NCBI RefSeq assembly: GCF_006345805.1
Contig: NW_021833741.1
Coordinates: forward strand, 9,613-73,612
Length of the DNA: 64,000 nucleotides
Direction: 5' to 3'
Source: Octopus sinensis
Lineage: Eukaryota
Part shown: piece by piece, positions 41,296-54,059 of the stretch
Numbering within the stretch: the first letter of the stretch is position 1
Layout of the letters: every line of letters starts with the position of its first letter
Made by a program: the position numbers and the translations under genes
Notes under the pieces: generated by a model
Told to the model about the DNA's origin: nothing
The model's database searches: none
What the model saw: only the letters and a program-made list of their open reading frames with translations

Positions 41296-41467
41296 CAATA
41301 TGTTACATTACTCGGTAGTCAAGATAAACTCTGAGTTTCAGATGCCGAAGTGGAAATCCACAACACCATCTCTTCGGTTATCTGGCTATTTCAAATAGCC
41401 AGATAACCGATTTCCACTTCGGCATCTGAAACTCAGAGTTTTATGTGACTACCGAGTAATGTAACAT

Positions 41468-41471
<4 letters not shown>
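41296..41471. repeat. fold-back inverted repeat with an internal deletion in the right arm
   Basis: caatatgttacattactcggtagtca...ggttatctggctattt c aaatagccagataacc...tgactaccgagtaatgtaacatattg. Confidence 0.95.
41322..41383 (-). ncRNA. hammerhead-like motif, variant core CCGAAGA
   Basis: AGATAA CCGAAGA GATG...CATC T GAA ACTCAGAGT T TATCT. The register around stems I and II is imperfect. Confidence 0.42.
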
Positions 41472-41519
<48 letters not shown>

Positions 41520-41622
41520 CAAAATAAGCAACAAGGATTTTGATTTTAATCATCTTATTTTAATTTATATGGATAATACCATACTAAATTCTGGTGCCTT
41601 CAACTTAAGTACCATATTCATC

Positions 41623-41673
<51 letters not shown>

Positions 41674-41761
41674 AATTAAACTTATATTGGATGTAAAGTA
41701 GCACGGTTTTCCCACTCCATTTCACCTTGTCACAAGTAATGACAGGACAGAATGAAGAGAA

Positions 41762-41809
<48 letters not shown>

Positions 41810-41861
41810 GGAGAGAGGAGATCTGCTGCAACAAAAATAACTTCGTCTAGAACGGTATCCT

Positions 41862-41897
<36 letters not shown>

Positions 41898-43068
41898 CAT
41901 TATCGTCAACAATAGCTACAACAGCAACAACAACAACAACAACAACAACTGTGGGCGCAACAGCGGCAGCAACAGCCACAGCCACCACCTGAGCAGCAAT
42001 ATGAACAACATTAGCGAAACATCGTCTGAAAAAGAGCAGCAGCAAAAGCGGTGCCGCCGACGCCGCCATCAGCAGCAAATATTGGCAGAACAATAGCAAC
42101 AAGCACAACAACAAGTGAAGAGGCAACAGAAGAAGCAACAGAATGTTCGCCGAAATGACGCCCCCCCTCCCCTCTACCCTCCATAACAATCCCCCAGCAC
42201 CTTCCCTCCCACCCCTCTTCTAACTCCCGTCTGCCCACCTCCACCCTCTTCTTGCTCTCCCCTCTCTGTCATCCGTCGAAATCTCTTCATCACCCTCCGC
42301 GCCACCCCCACCCCCGCCCCCTCCACCTACAACTTACAGCTTCCCAGCTACATCACAATCTGTGTGTCAGCATCACATTAAGATCGCTTGTGGTGGTGGT
42401 GGTGGTGGTGGTGGTGGTAGTGGGCAGAGGGGAGAGAGACAGAGAAAGAAGGAGAGAAAGAAAGGCAGCAACAGGGATGAGAGTGAAATAAAGATGACGA
42501 AGGCGGCGTCGGTGGTGGTGGAGGTAGTGGTGGTGGTGGTGGCGGTGGTGGTGGTGGAGGTGGTGGTTATGGTTTCAAAAAGGAGGATATGTGTTGTGTT
42601 GTGTTGTGTTGTGAAGTGATCGTTTTGACATTCCAAGGTGATTGCTCATCTGGCTGGCTGAGGTTCGAAACCGTGCAAATCCCCTCCACCCCATGCACCG
42701 TCGTTTGTCTTTAGTTTTATCTCTCTTATGTTTGCCGTCTCCCCCGCCTCCTCCTCCTCCTTTTCACATGATCCACTCCCTTTATCGCTTTCTTTGATAT
42801 GCATACATCCTCATCTACATACATACATATATACACACACAAACACGTATATCTGTAAGTACATATTAATATTTATATTTATACATACATACATATTTAT
42901 AGATAGGTTAAATACACGCATATATATACATACATACACAGACACACACACGCACACACACAGATATATGACAAAGCTTCTACTCAGTTTCCACCCGGGG
43001 ATTGAACCCGAGACGTTGAAGTTTCTTATGCACACAACCATATCTGCACCTGTATATGTATGCATATA

Positions 43069-43184
<116 letters not shown>

Positions 43185-44201
43185 TGTATGTATATACATT
43201 CATGCTCACACACACACGCGTAAATATATATATGCATGTGTTTGCAGATGTATATGTATATGTCAGTATGCAGTTATGTATGTATAAGATGTCCATATGC
43301 ATCTTATCTGTATGTTTTTACGGGGTGGTCAAACATTAGTGGTAGGAAGGAAGGCAAGTATCCTCGAATCTGAGATCTGGCAACAGACTGGAGTCCCCTA
43401 AAGGTACCAGAGTATCAGGTGGCAATGATAAGGTGGGCGATAGATTAAGTCTAGCATCCACTTGTATCTTGGCGAAATTTGAACCCACAAACAAAAAACT
43501 GGCACAATAGACGTTTCCACTTGACCACCGTTCTAATAATCTTCCTTTATTTATCGATCCTGGAAGGAAGAAACGATAAGTTGATCTCGGTAAGATTTTT
43601 ACTTTAAAAGTAAAGTGTAGAAATAAATACCGCAACGTATTCCGTCCAGTGCTCTACCGACGCAGCCAATACGATAACTGAATACATGGTAATCGGGCGT
43701 ATAATAAATAACTGGGTGTATATTAGATATCTGGATGTATAATAAATAAGAGTCGGTATAATAAATGCATTTACATTTTATCAGTTGACGTGTAATAGGC
43801 AACAGGGTATATGATAATAGCAGGGTGTACAATGAATAACTGGAGATTTAATAAATCGCTGCGTGTATAATTGATGACTGAATAATAGCGAGTGTAAAAT
43901 AGATAATTGAATATATAATATATAACCGTGTATAATATAATAGATAGATGGGTGTATATAATAGATGGGTGGGTATATATAATAGATGGGTGAGTGTATA
44001 TAATAGATAGATGGGTGTATAGTAAATATAGTTGAGAAGAGTTTGTTTTTATGAATGAGTTTAGTTGTCGGTCGATGTGGCTCAACTCGACGCTTGAACC
44101 ACAACAGTTTTGATGAACAGTGGTCATGGAATGACCGAGAGGAGTGGTGGAGTTAAGGATGAAGGCGGCAAGGGTATGATGTAGGGATGCTAGGGAAGAG
44201 A

Positions 44202-44282
<81 letters not shown>

Positions 44283-44489
44283 GAGAGAGAGAGAGAGAGC
44301 ACAGAGTCAGAGAGAGGAAGGTGATTGATGTGAAGGGAAGGGATGAGCTAAGGATACAGGGAGCTGGTGTGCTTCATGGTGTGACGGTCGCATTGGGGGA
44401 TAATCAACGACAGAGTGGCAGACACAGTTACAAACAGACAAATGGTTGCGATGAAGAAAAGGAGAGAGACTCTAGGCTGGGGTTATATG

Positions 44490-45075
44490 ACCACATTGGA
44501 GGAAATGGAGGTGTGGGTTCATACCAGGAGGTGTGGAGGTTCGTAGTTGGAAAATGAATTATCGTTCACTAGAATTAGTAGGTCACCTCTGGATTGTGAT
44601 TGTAGTGTTGAGGAACTCCCCAAATGGTTGGATGGAGGGAGGAATTGTCATGCAAAAATGTTTAGGATGACACGACTGTTTTGATTATCGAATAAGTGTT
44701 GGCAGATGCGATCAGTCTGAAAGTGAGTGGGATTACGTATAGATAACGGGTGGATGGTGGTTTGTAATGAAGTAAATTAGATTAGCGGAAATGAAAGTGA
44801 TCGGAAATTTAGGCAGTGTATTCGATTTGTGAAGATAGAGACGGCGGACTTTCCAGGTGGGGGTGTTTGCGGATGAAAGAAGTCTTGAGCAGATGGACGA
44901 ATAAAAATTTGTCTTATTTGAAAAAAGTAGTGACCGTTCAGGGAAAATAAAGTTGTCAATATAATGGGCGTACAACTCATGGGTAGTGTAAGCGCATTGA
45001 GCAAAAATTGGGTGCACAAGGTAACCAACAAAAAATGATGTAATTGGGGTTATCTTCGTGCCATCTTAAGGCAAG
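44490..45075 (-). mobile_element. old, deleted Penelope-like element relic
   Basis: GTKI.PNYIIFFVGYLVHPIFAQ..ELYAHYIDNFI parallels MGPNYANLFVGY..ELYGCYIDD of the 39-kb PLE; a terminal IFQLRT..PGMN is also present. Confidence 0.6.
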
Positions 45076-46565
45076 ACAACACTGCTTTGTTGCCGGGAGA
45101 CCCATGGGTCTTGGAGGTTCACTATTAATCTATATGTGCTGGGATTGTGCATGTAGGAACCCCAGTGCCAGTGTTTTGCCTTGGGGCTCGATACTGGTGT
45201 TCAGGCGGTTCTGACACCCAATTCATGGCGCAACACTTGATAAGAGTGTAACAGTTACAGCAGAAGGAAAAACACTTTACGGTGAGGTCACAAAATCTCA
45301 CAACATCATTAAACATATTATGAAAAGCTCTGAAGTCCTTTCTGGACATCATACTACATTCCGCACGTCTCGTATATATAAACTGAGTTTACTTTATCAG
45401 TGATGATCAGGCACCAGAGTGGCCCTGGGCATCAGAATGGGCCTCAATGGCACCAACTTGTTTGCTTGATACACTTAGGCCCAGATCTTTGCCCAATGCA
45501 CTCGCCAGAACCATCAGCTATACTAGTGGTTGTATCGATAAGTTATCGGCACTTCTTCCCTCAACAGAGAGCTGCACATTTCCTTCCCCACACTCCTCAA
45601 CAGGGCCCAGCCTTCATCACATTGGAATTCCAGCAACTTACATTGTATCCTATATTGAATATACTCAGAATTTAAAACAGTAAGGTATGATTTAAAGGAA
45701 ATTTGACAGCTATTTCTAGCAAATCGACTTCCTTCGTTGTAGCTCCTTCGTAGGATCATCACTGTACGAGTATTATCACATCTTGGTCAAATCTGATCAG
45801 CTGATTTAGCATCACAGCCATTCCAAGGATGACCACTTGTACGACGTCCTTCCTGTTTTTGGAACGTGTTTTTCTCGGTTATCTAGTTGCTATTTCAATC
45901 AGTTTTCAATCATTTAGAAGTGAGTCCACCAAGATGCGTCTAAATGATTGACAGACCTGCAAGAAATAGCAGACAAACCTCCTTCAGTTTATCCCCCCCC
46001 CCTCGTATTAAAAAGACATATTCATACATATTGAATAATGTGGTTCAAGTGTTCGTTGTAGAGAGGAAAAATACAGCTGGATCACTTTTGTTTATATGTC
46101 TGATCCGTTTGGACTGGCCGAGGGTTAAACTACAATAACGAAATTTCAGCAAGAGACAACGATAGCAACAACAATAGCAGCAGCAGCAATAACAAAAAGA
46201 ATTACAACAACAAATACAACAGCACCGCTAACAATAACAATAAAAACGACAACAGTAACAACAACCAAATCAATAACACAGCTAGCAGACACAACAAATA
46301 CAACAACAGCAGTAACAGCAACAATAAAATCAATAACAACTGCAACAATAACAGCAACAACAACAACAACAACAATCCTCAGCGCTTCAACAATAACAAC
46401 TTAGGCATTTCTTGAGCACATGTTAAACATGTTGTAAGCATTATGAACATTTATTTTATGTGTTATGACATTATGACATGATCTCTGTTTGCTGGATTTC
46501 AAAGACGCTAGTTTTACGGGGTGGGGAGGTGGCTAATACTCCCTCACTCTCTCACTCTTTTTACA

Positions 46566-46621
<56 letters not shown>

Positions 46622-46865
46622 ATTCTCTCTCCATGTATGTACCTATTTCTGTATATGTGTATATACACATATATATGTATATATATATAGATATGAATAT
46701 ATACATACATACACATATATCTATGGGCTTATCTATTTCCCTCTCTCTATATATAAATTATGTAAGCGTATCTCTACACAGACACAGACACGCACACACA
46801 CACACATATGTAGATGGGCATGTGTGTGTAAGTTTGTGTGTACATATATGTATAAGTACAAGTAC

Positions 46866-46904
<39 letters not shown>

Positions 46905-47771
46905 TTGTGTTGCTGTTTTCTTTCTTTTTCTGTTTGTTTGTTGTAATTTTCGTGCAGATAGAGTTAATAGCAATAATAAAAGACAGAGATTTTACTCTGA
47001 TTCGTGTGATAAAGCGACAATGGGAAACTCGGAGTAAAGTCGGTGTAAAATTTCATTTTACATACGTCTGTGAGTGTGTGTGTGCGCATGCGCGCACGTG
47101 TGTATGTGCGTCTGTGGTAATGGGAAACTCGGATTAAAATTGGTGTAAAATCTCATTTTATATACGTGTGTGGTATGTGTATGTGTGTGTACGTGTGTGT
47201 GTGCATGTGTGTGTGCGGTTGTGATATAATAGGGATTACGTAATCCGAAGCGTGGTTTCGCTTGGTCAGTCGACCATAGACGCGGACAGTTTCAAAAGTA
47301 ATAAAATGACGGTAGGTGGCGTAATTGGCGCAAATCGTTGGTTATCATCTGTTATGCATCAGAGAATGGAGTCGGATGAGGGCCTTTTTTTTAATTCACA
47401 AGGAAGATTCTAGTATGTTGATGTCAGTGATGACGATGGTAGTGATAGTGGTGGTGGTGGTGGTGGTGGTGGTCATAACGGCAGGGCGATGCACGGCGTG
47501 AAACGTCTCTGTGATGCAGAAGTTGCAAGACTGATTAATTCATAAATACCAGCACCTTGTCTAACACTATCTCCAAGATACTGGTGGCTTCTTTTCGTGC
47601 TTCAAGCTATTCAAATATGATTTGAAAGTATTATGTCCTTATCATTATGATGGCTGCACGAGCTTTCGTCTGGTGTAGGCGCCATCTGAGAGGGTGCTCC
47701 ACAAACCTTTGGCAGTTTGCTGATGTTATTGATGGGAAAGACAGTAAGTGAAATATACCCTTTTCTCCTGT

Positions 47772-48075
47772 GGAGGCACATGACCTAGTGGTTAGAGCAG
47801 CGGACTCGCGGTCGAGGGATTTCGAGTTCGAATCTCAGACCGGGCGATGTGTGTGTTTATGACCGAAACACTTAAGCTCCACGCAGTTCCAGCAGAAAGT
47901 AATGGCGAACTTCTGCTGACTCTTTCGCCACAACTTTCTCTCACTCTTTCCTCCTGCACCTTGCAGCTCACCTGCGACGGACCGGCGTCCAGTCCAGGTG
48001 GGGAACCTATACGCCAAGAAAACCGGGGAACCGGCCCTTATGAGCCAGGCGTGGCTCGAGAAGGAAGAGCAAAAC
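47772..48075 (+). mobile_element. tRNA-derived SINE family C with a V-domain-like body
   Basis: A box TGACCTAGTGG and B box GAGTTCGAATCTC; the body CCTGCGACGGACCGGCGTCCAGTCCAGG resembles the V-SINE central domain as I recall it. Confidence 0.75.
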
Positions 48076-48129
48076 TCTATCTTTCAGCAAAATGCATGGC
48101 AACTGTAACGTACATTACTATTTTATAGA

Positions 48130-48480
48130 CTTTATCGCCATTCGGGAAAATATTTTCCGGTCAGTGAGAAGAAATTTCTTACAAGACTAATTTTGAATAA
48201 TATCCACTTTCCGGGTATTATTCGGGTGTTGTTGTTTGTTTGCCAAGTATTTTATTCTCTCTTGCTATCTGCTACATGTAATGGTTCATTCAACCTTCAT
48301 TGAAGGTGGGTTCTTCCGAGAACAATGTAATTGTCCGCGATTTGCTAGAACATGTTTAGTGATGTTTATTGTGTAATTGCATTAGCTGTTGATGCACCAT
48401 GGGGTAGCGTTAGGTTCCTTGAAGAACTCATACGAACTAATTTTGATTCCTTAACAAATGCTCAAATTCTTTGAGAATTA
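48130..48480 (-). mobile_element. possible relic of a second PLE lineage (RT thumb/linker)
   Basis: Broken frames KEPNATPWCIN..NITKHV..SEEPTFNE..HY resemble the PLE SNHP/NPPF region; matched by eye only. Confidence 0.4.
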
Positions 48481-48793
48481 AAAAAGTTAACATTTTATCC
48501 CGATTCCTTGCGGGCGATATCCGTCTTCTGCACCCCCGACACACAGTCAGTGGTGAATCATCTTATATTACTTTCAAATCCGATCACGTGTACAGACGAC
48601 CGACCGAGTGAAACCATGGTCTCGGTTATGTAATCTATTTTTAATTTGCATATATTAACATATATTAAAGCATATAAATATACATTAGATTACACACCGT
48701 TCCAAAATAAATTTGTATTGAACACTTTTATGTTTTTATTACAATATAATGATCACACACATATGTATATGTATATGTACACACACGCACACA

Positions 48794-48831
<38 letters not shown>

Positions 48832-48835
48832 ACAC

Positions 48836-48869
<34 letters not shown>

Positions 48870-49050
48870 CATACACACAGACACATGTATATATATATAT
48901 ATATATTTAAAGGGAGAATTCACAAGAAAACAAAAGACGAAGACGGATGGTGTAGACAACAAACATGTATTACTATAACATATCTTTATATCTATATATG
49001 TGCGTGTATACACATACATATATATAGATATATCTATATATGTATATATA

Positions 49051-49409
49051 TCCTTCGCGGCACTCCGTCGGTTGCAACGGAACAGCCTGCTCGTGAAATT
49101 AACGTGCAAGTGGCTGAGCACTCCACAGACACGTGTACCCTTAACGTAGTTCTCGGGGGAGATTCAGCGTGACACAGAGTGTGACAAGGGTGGCCCTTTG
49201 AAATACAGGTACAACAGAAACAGGAAGAAAGGGTGAGAGAAAGTTGTGGTGAAAGAGTACAGTAAAGTTCACCACCACCCGCTGCTGGAGCCTCGAGGAG
49301 CTTTAGGTGTTTTTGGTCAATAAATACTCTCAACGCCCGGTCTGGGAATCGAAACCGCGATCCTATGACCATGAGTCTGCTGCCTTAAACACTGGGCCAC
49401 TGCGCCTCC
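49051..49409 (-). mobile_element. tRNA-derived SINE family D (family C head, different body)
   Basis: The first about 190 nt align with 47772 onward up to CACAACTTTCTCTCAC..CCTG, then the sequence becomes GTACCTGTATTTCAAAGGG..GTTAAGGGTACACGTGTCTGTGG. Confidence 0.8.
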
Positions 49410-49411
49410 AG

Positions 49412-49469
<58 letters not shown>

Positions 49470-49774
49470 CGTACATATACATATATACATATGTATGCAT
49501 ATATATATACATATATATGCATATATATACATATATATGTATATATATATATACATATATATATATGTACATATGTACATATATATACATATATATATAT
49601 ACACACATATATACATTCATACATATATATATGTATGTATATATATACGCACACATATATACATACAAACATGCATACATATACATATATATGTATATAT
49701 ACTATATACATACATGCATACATATATATACATATATATATATATATATATTATAATATATATATATATGTATG

Positions 49775-49829
<55 letters not shown>

Positions 49830-51009
49830 ATGTATATATATTATATATTATATATATATGTATATATGTATATATATATGTATATTATAATTATATATGT
49901 ATATATTGTATATATATATGTTATATATATATATATGTATATCTATATGTATATATATATATATATGTATGTATACAGTGCTTTTCAAACAGAAGAATAA
50001 ACAATCATAACAATAATAAACAAAAACAAGAGTCACCCCCACCCCCCAACAACAACAACGACGACAACAACAAAAACGACCCCTTCTACCTTCAATTAGA
50101 CGGATAACCTACTGAATAAAGACGGGTAGACTAATTGGTAAGTTAGCAGGCTACGTCTCCTCCACTTCCTCCTCCTCCTTCTCATCATCCACCCGAGATT
50201 CGCGGAACGAAATATGACCACCCAGACAGTTAAAGATGGAAACGTATCTTGCGGGTGGGGAAGACGTGTGCTTGTGTGTGTGTATGTGTATGTGTTTGCG
50301 TGTGTGTGTGTGCGTGTGTGTATGTGTGAGAATGATGGTTGTGTTGGTGTGAGGGGTGGCTTTGGGCGGCGGGGTGGCAGCAAGGGTTGGCGTTTCGGAG
50401 TTCTTTATTAATGGGTCGAAAAGAGAGAGAAGACCGTCTTACAAACAATGTTTCGTCTTTCTTTTACTGCAATGGCGGCGGCGGTGGCGGCGGCGTTTCT
50501 CCTGTCGTAACAACAACAACAAAAATCATAGCAATTAATTAATTGAAGAGACACGGTCATATATTCACACCGTCCGCCTCACCTCCCACCCGTTTTGTGT
50601 GGAGTAAGCTTCGTAACACTGCCAGCGGGGTGGTGGGTGGATGGACCCCCACCCCCACCCCCACCACCACCACCACCACCCATCGTTTCTTGTATTTGTT
50701 CTCACATTTTGTCTCTCTTTCTTTCTTTCTTTCTTTCTTTCCTACTTCCTTTCTTTCCTCCCTCCCTATCCTAACCCTAACCCTTACTCTATATTACAGA
50801 ACAGTCCGACATTGTTATTCTGGATCCTTTATACACCACCCCCACCCCCACCCACACCACCCACCACCACACCCACCACCCCACCCCAGTCTTTTAAAAT
50901 ATATTTTTTCACTTTCTTTAAATCAGCTTTAGATACCCCCCAACCCACACCCGTCTCATACTTTCATTATTTCAAAGTCTTCTGGGAATTTTGCAGTTTT
51001 CTATTGATA

Positions 51010-51016
51010 TCTATCC

Positions 51017-51086
<70 letters not shown>

Positions 51087-51172
51087 ATCTATCCATCTAT
51101 CTACCTACCTATCTATCTATCTACTATCTATCTATCTGTTTTGTTTATCTATCTATCTATCTATCTACCTAC

Positions 51173-51204
<32 letters not shown>

Positions 51205-51212
51205 ATCTATCC

Positions 51213-51271
<59 letters not shown>

Positions 51272-51375
51272 CATCTATCTATCCATCCATCTATCTATCT
51301 ATCTATCTATCTATCTATTTATCTATCTATCTGTCTATCTATCTCTGTCTGTCTATCTATCTATCTATCTATCTT

Positions 51376-51449
<74 letters not shown>

Positions 51450-51466
51450 CATCTATCTATCCATCC

Positions 51467-51502
<36 letters not shown>

Positions 51503-51560
51503 GCCTGTCTGCCTGTCTGTCTGTCTGTCTGTCTGCCTGTCTGTCTGTCTGTCTGTCTGT
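51010..51560. repeat. compound (TCTA)n/(TCCA)n/(TCTG)n satellite
   Basis: Direct reading. Confidence 0.97.
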
Positions 51561-51874
51561 CGCCACTAATCCATCATACTCTCTCCCGCCCCTACCCGCT
51601 TACAAGCCTATATATTCGTTAATATATTCAAGTCGGGATGTATTGTGTAACAATAGTGTATTATGGTGTGCAGCAGATATTTTCGTCGTACGTAAACCAT
51701 CAACTCGCACGTCCACCCGGCCAAGCAGGCGGAATGGCTGGCAGGCGGGCGAGCGGGCGGGCGGGCAGGCGGACAACCAACGGTTTGGTCCAAGAACCAG
51801 ACAACCCGACAGTCATTTAATTTCTTATATTTCTTTGTCTGTGTGTCTGTCACCGCTTTCTCTAATCAGGGGGT

Positions 51875-51884
<10 letters not shown>

Positions 51885-51905
<21 letters not shown>

Positions 51906-52045
51906 GAAGAGTGAAAGAGAGAGAGAAAGGAAGAGAGAAAGAGAGAGAGAGAGGAAGAGTGAAAGAGAGAGAGAAAGGAAGAGAGAAAGAGAGAGAGAGA
52001 GAGGAAGAGTGAAAGAGAGAGAGAAAGGAAGAGAGAAAGAAAGAG
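51885..52045. repeat. polypurine minisatellite, about 46-bp unit x3
   Basis: gaggaagagtgaaagagagagagaaaggaagagagaaagagagaga repeated. Confidence 0.85.
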
Positions 52046-52282
52046 AGAGAGAGAGAAAGATTGAGAAAGAGAGAGAGAAAGAGTGGGAGAGACAGAGAAA
52101 GAGAAAAAGAGAAAGTAAGTGTGAGAAAGAGAGAGAATAAGAGAGAAAGAAAGAAAGAGAAAGGGTGAAAGAGAGAGAGAAAGTAAGAGAGAGGAAGAGA
52201 GAAAGAGAGAGACAGAGCGAGACAGAAAGAGAGTGAGAGGAAGAAAGAGAGAGGGGAGAGAGACAGCTGACTTTATAAATTC

Positions 52283-52480
52283 TTTTATTCTTTTACTTGT
52301 TCCAGTCATTTTTGACTGCGGCCATGCTGGAGCACCGTCTTTAGTCGAACAACTCGACCCCAGGACTTATTCTTTCTAAGCCTAGTACTTATTCTATCGG
52401 GCCCTTCTGCCGAACCGCTAAGTTACGAGGACGTAAACACACCAGCGTCGGTTGTCAAGCGATGGTGGGGACAAACACAC
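52283..52480 (-). mobile_element. SINE family A, 3' half
   Basis: Reverse complement of the family A 3' region; other 3' halves lie at about 26850-26995 and 58735-58915 (+). Confidence 0.85.
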
Positions 52481-52713
52481 ACACAAATACATACATACAT
52501 ATACATACATACATACATATACATACATATATATATACACACACATATTCGAATTGAGGAGTAGATAGACAGCCGACAACTCGTCCTGTTTTCCATTTTT
52601 TTTTCTTGTTTATGTATTTCACTTGTTTTTCCCTTCGTTTGTTTACGTATTTCATGTTACGTGCACAGTTGGTGACGTCCTGTACCCATATATGCATTTA
52701 TATATATATTATA

Positions 52714-52751
<38 letters not shown>

Positions 52752-52777
52752 GCTATCTATATCTATCTATATCTATC

Positions 52778-52813
<36 letters not shown>

Positions 52814-52877
52814 AATCTATATCTATCTCTCTCTCTCTATATATATATATATACATGCATATATATATACATACATG

Positions 52878-52939
<62 letters not shown>

Positions 52940-53078
52940 CAATTAAGATTCAAGCGAGTTCAATTGAATTCACATGAATATGTACTTAACTTGGATGCCC
53001 GGAATCTATATGGTGTTAACCATACGACAAGGTGGGGTGATTACAATAGGAAAAAAGCAACAAGAATGGATCAATATA

Positions 53079-53163
53079 TCGGTACAATTGTTTCGTACGA
53101 AGACATCTTTAATAAGGCTACAAAAATTGCAGTAAATATAGGTGGCTCGTACTCATCAGCCGA
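53079..53163 (-). ncRNA. type-I hammerhead ribozyme, inverted partner of 53395-53479
   Basis: The reverse complement gives the same motif with a longer stem II (GTACGAG/TTCGTAC). Confidence 0.85.
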
Positions 53164-53394
53164 AAAAACATCTTCACATTCATCTTCACTTTCATCTTCA
53201 CTTTCATCTTCACTTTCTGGAAAACTAAGAGGTTTTGAAAATTTTTTTTAAAAACCTGATATATGACTGTGTAATACTAATTGAACTTTTAGAAACCAAT
53301 TTGTTATCTAAATTCTCATTTTTATAGAACTTTCCATGATGTTTCACGAGTGTAACATTACCCCCTTTGATGTTTGGGAATCTCGGGTGTTTTT

Positions 53395-53479
53395 TCGGCT
53401 GATGAGTACGAGCCACCTATATTTACTGCAATTTTTGTAGCCTTATTAAAGATGTCTTTGTACGAAACAATTGTACCGA
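53395..53479 (+). ncRNA. type-I hammerhead ribozyme, canonical core
   Basis: TCGG CTGATGA GTAC...(long loop)...GTAC GAA ACAATTGT A CCGA: stem I TCGG/CCGA, stem II GTAC/GTAC, palindromic stem III, GUA cleavage triplet. Confidence 0.85.
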
Positions 53480-53516
53480 TATATTGATCATTCTTTTCTT
53501 GTTGCTTTTTCGTTCC

Positions 53517-53550
<34 letters not shown>

Positions 53551-53670
53551 ATATAGATATATAATATATATATATATAATATATATATATAATTATATAT
53601 ATTATATATATGTATATATATTTATATATGTATATATTTATATATATTATATATAATTTATATATATATG

Positions 53671-53724
<54 letters not shown>

Positions 53725-53726
<2 letters not shown>

Positions 53727-53818
53727 CGTACATATGTTTCTTTTCTGGCTTTTATTAGACAGTTTATTTCAATGCATAATTGATGTAATATGTATGTCAA
53801 TTAGCCTTCTTCAGCCGC
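53725..53818 (-). ncRNA. degenerate inverted partner of the 53901-53987 hammerhead
   Basis: Same motif on the minus strand with an AGAAA duplication and one C lost from stem I'. Confidence 0.55.
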
Positions 53819-53900
53819 GCACAATTACCACTCCAAGGACATGTATTACATTACTGTCCAAACCTATAATGTAATACATGTCCTGGAGTGGTAATAGTGC

Positions 53901-53987
53901 GCGGCTGAAGAAGGCTATTGACATACATATTACATCATTATGCATTGATATAAACTGTTTAATAAAAGCCAGAAACATATGTACCGC
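53901..53987 (+). ncRNA. type-I hammerhead-like ribozyme with long loop II
   Basis: GCGG CTGAAGA A GGCT...AGCC A GAA ACATATGT A CCGC: canonical core, palindromic stem III, A.A at 10.1/11.1. Confidence 0.7.
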
Positions 53988-54059
53988 TAAATCCTTTGCA
54001 TCCTGTTTTTTCTTTTGATATATATATATATATATATATCATATATATATATATATATA

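Larger units (their letters stand above)
53046..53520. repeat. inverted repeat, about 125-bp arms, about 220-bp spacer containing (tcatcttcactt)x3
   Basis: 53046-53170 is the reverse complement of 53388-53520 apart from small indels; flanked by (TA)n. Confidence 0.95.
53725..53988. repeat. fold-back inverted repeat, about 125-bp arms
   Basis: 53725-53855 is the reverse complement of about 53865-53988, with scattered single-base indels. Confidence 0.95.

Noticed and set aside
41850-42095. Ser/Asn/Gln-rich open frame on the + strand resembling an exon
   Set aside because: Built from CAG/CAA repeats, bounded by stops, with weak splice context and no recognisable domain.
45100-45760. short ORFs in GC-richer sequence
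   Set aside because: No assignable domain.
47772-47845. tRNA-like sequence
   Set aside because: The acceptor stem does not pair and it continues into a SINE body, so it is a SINE head and not a tRNA gene.
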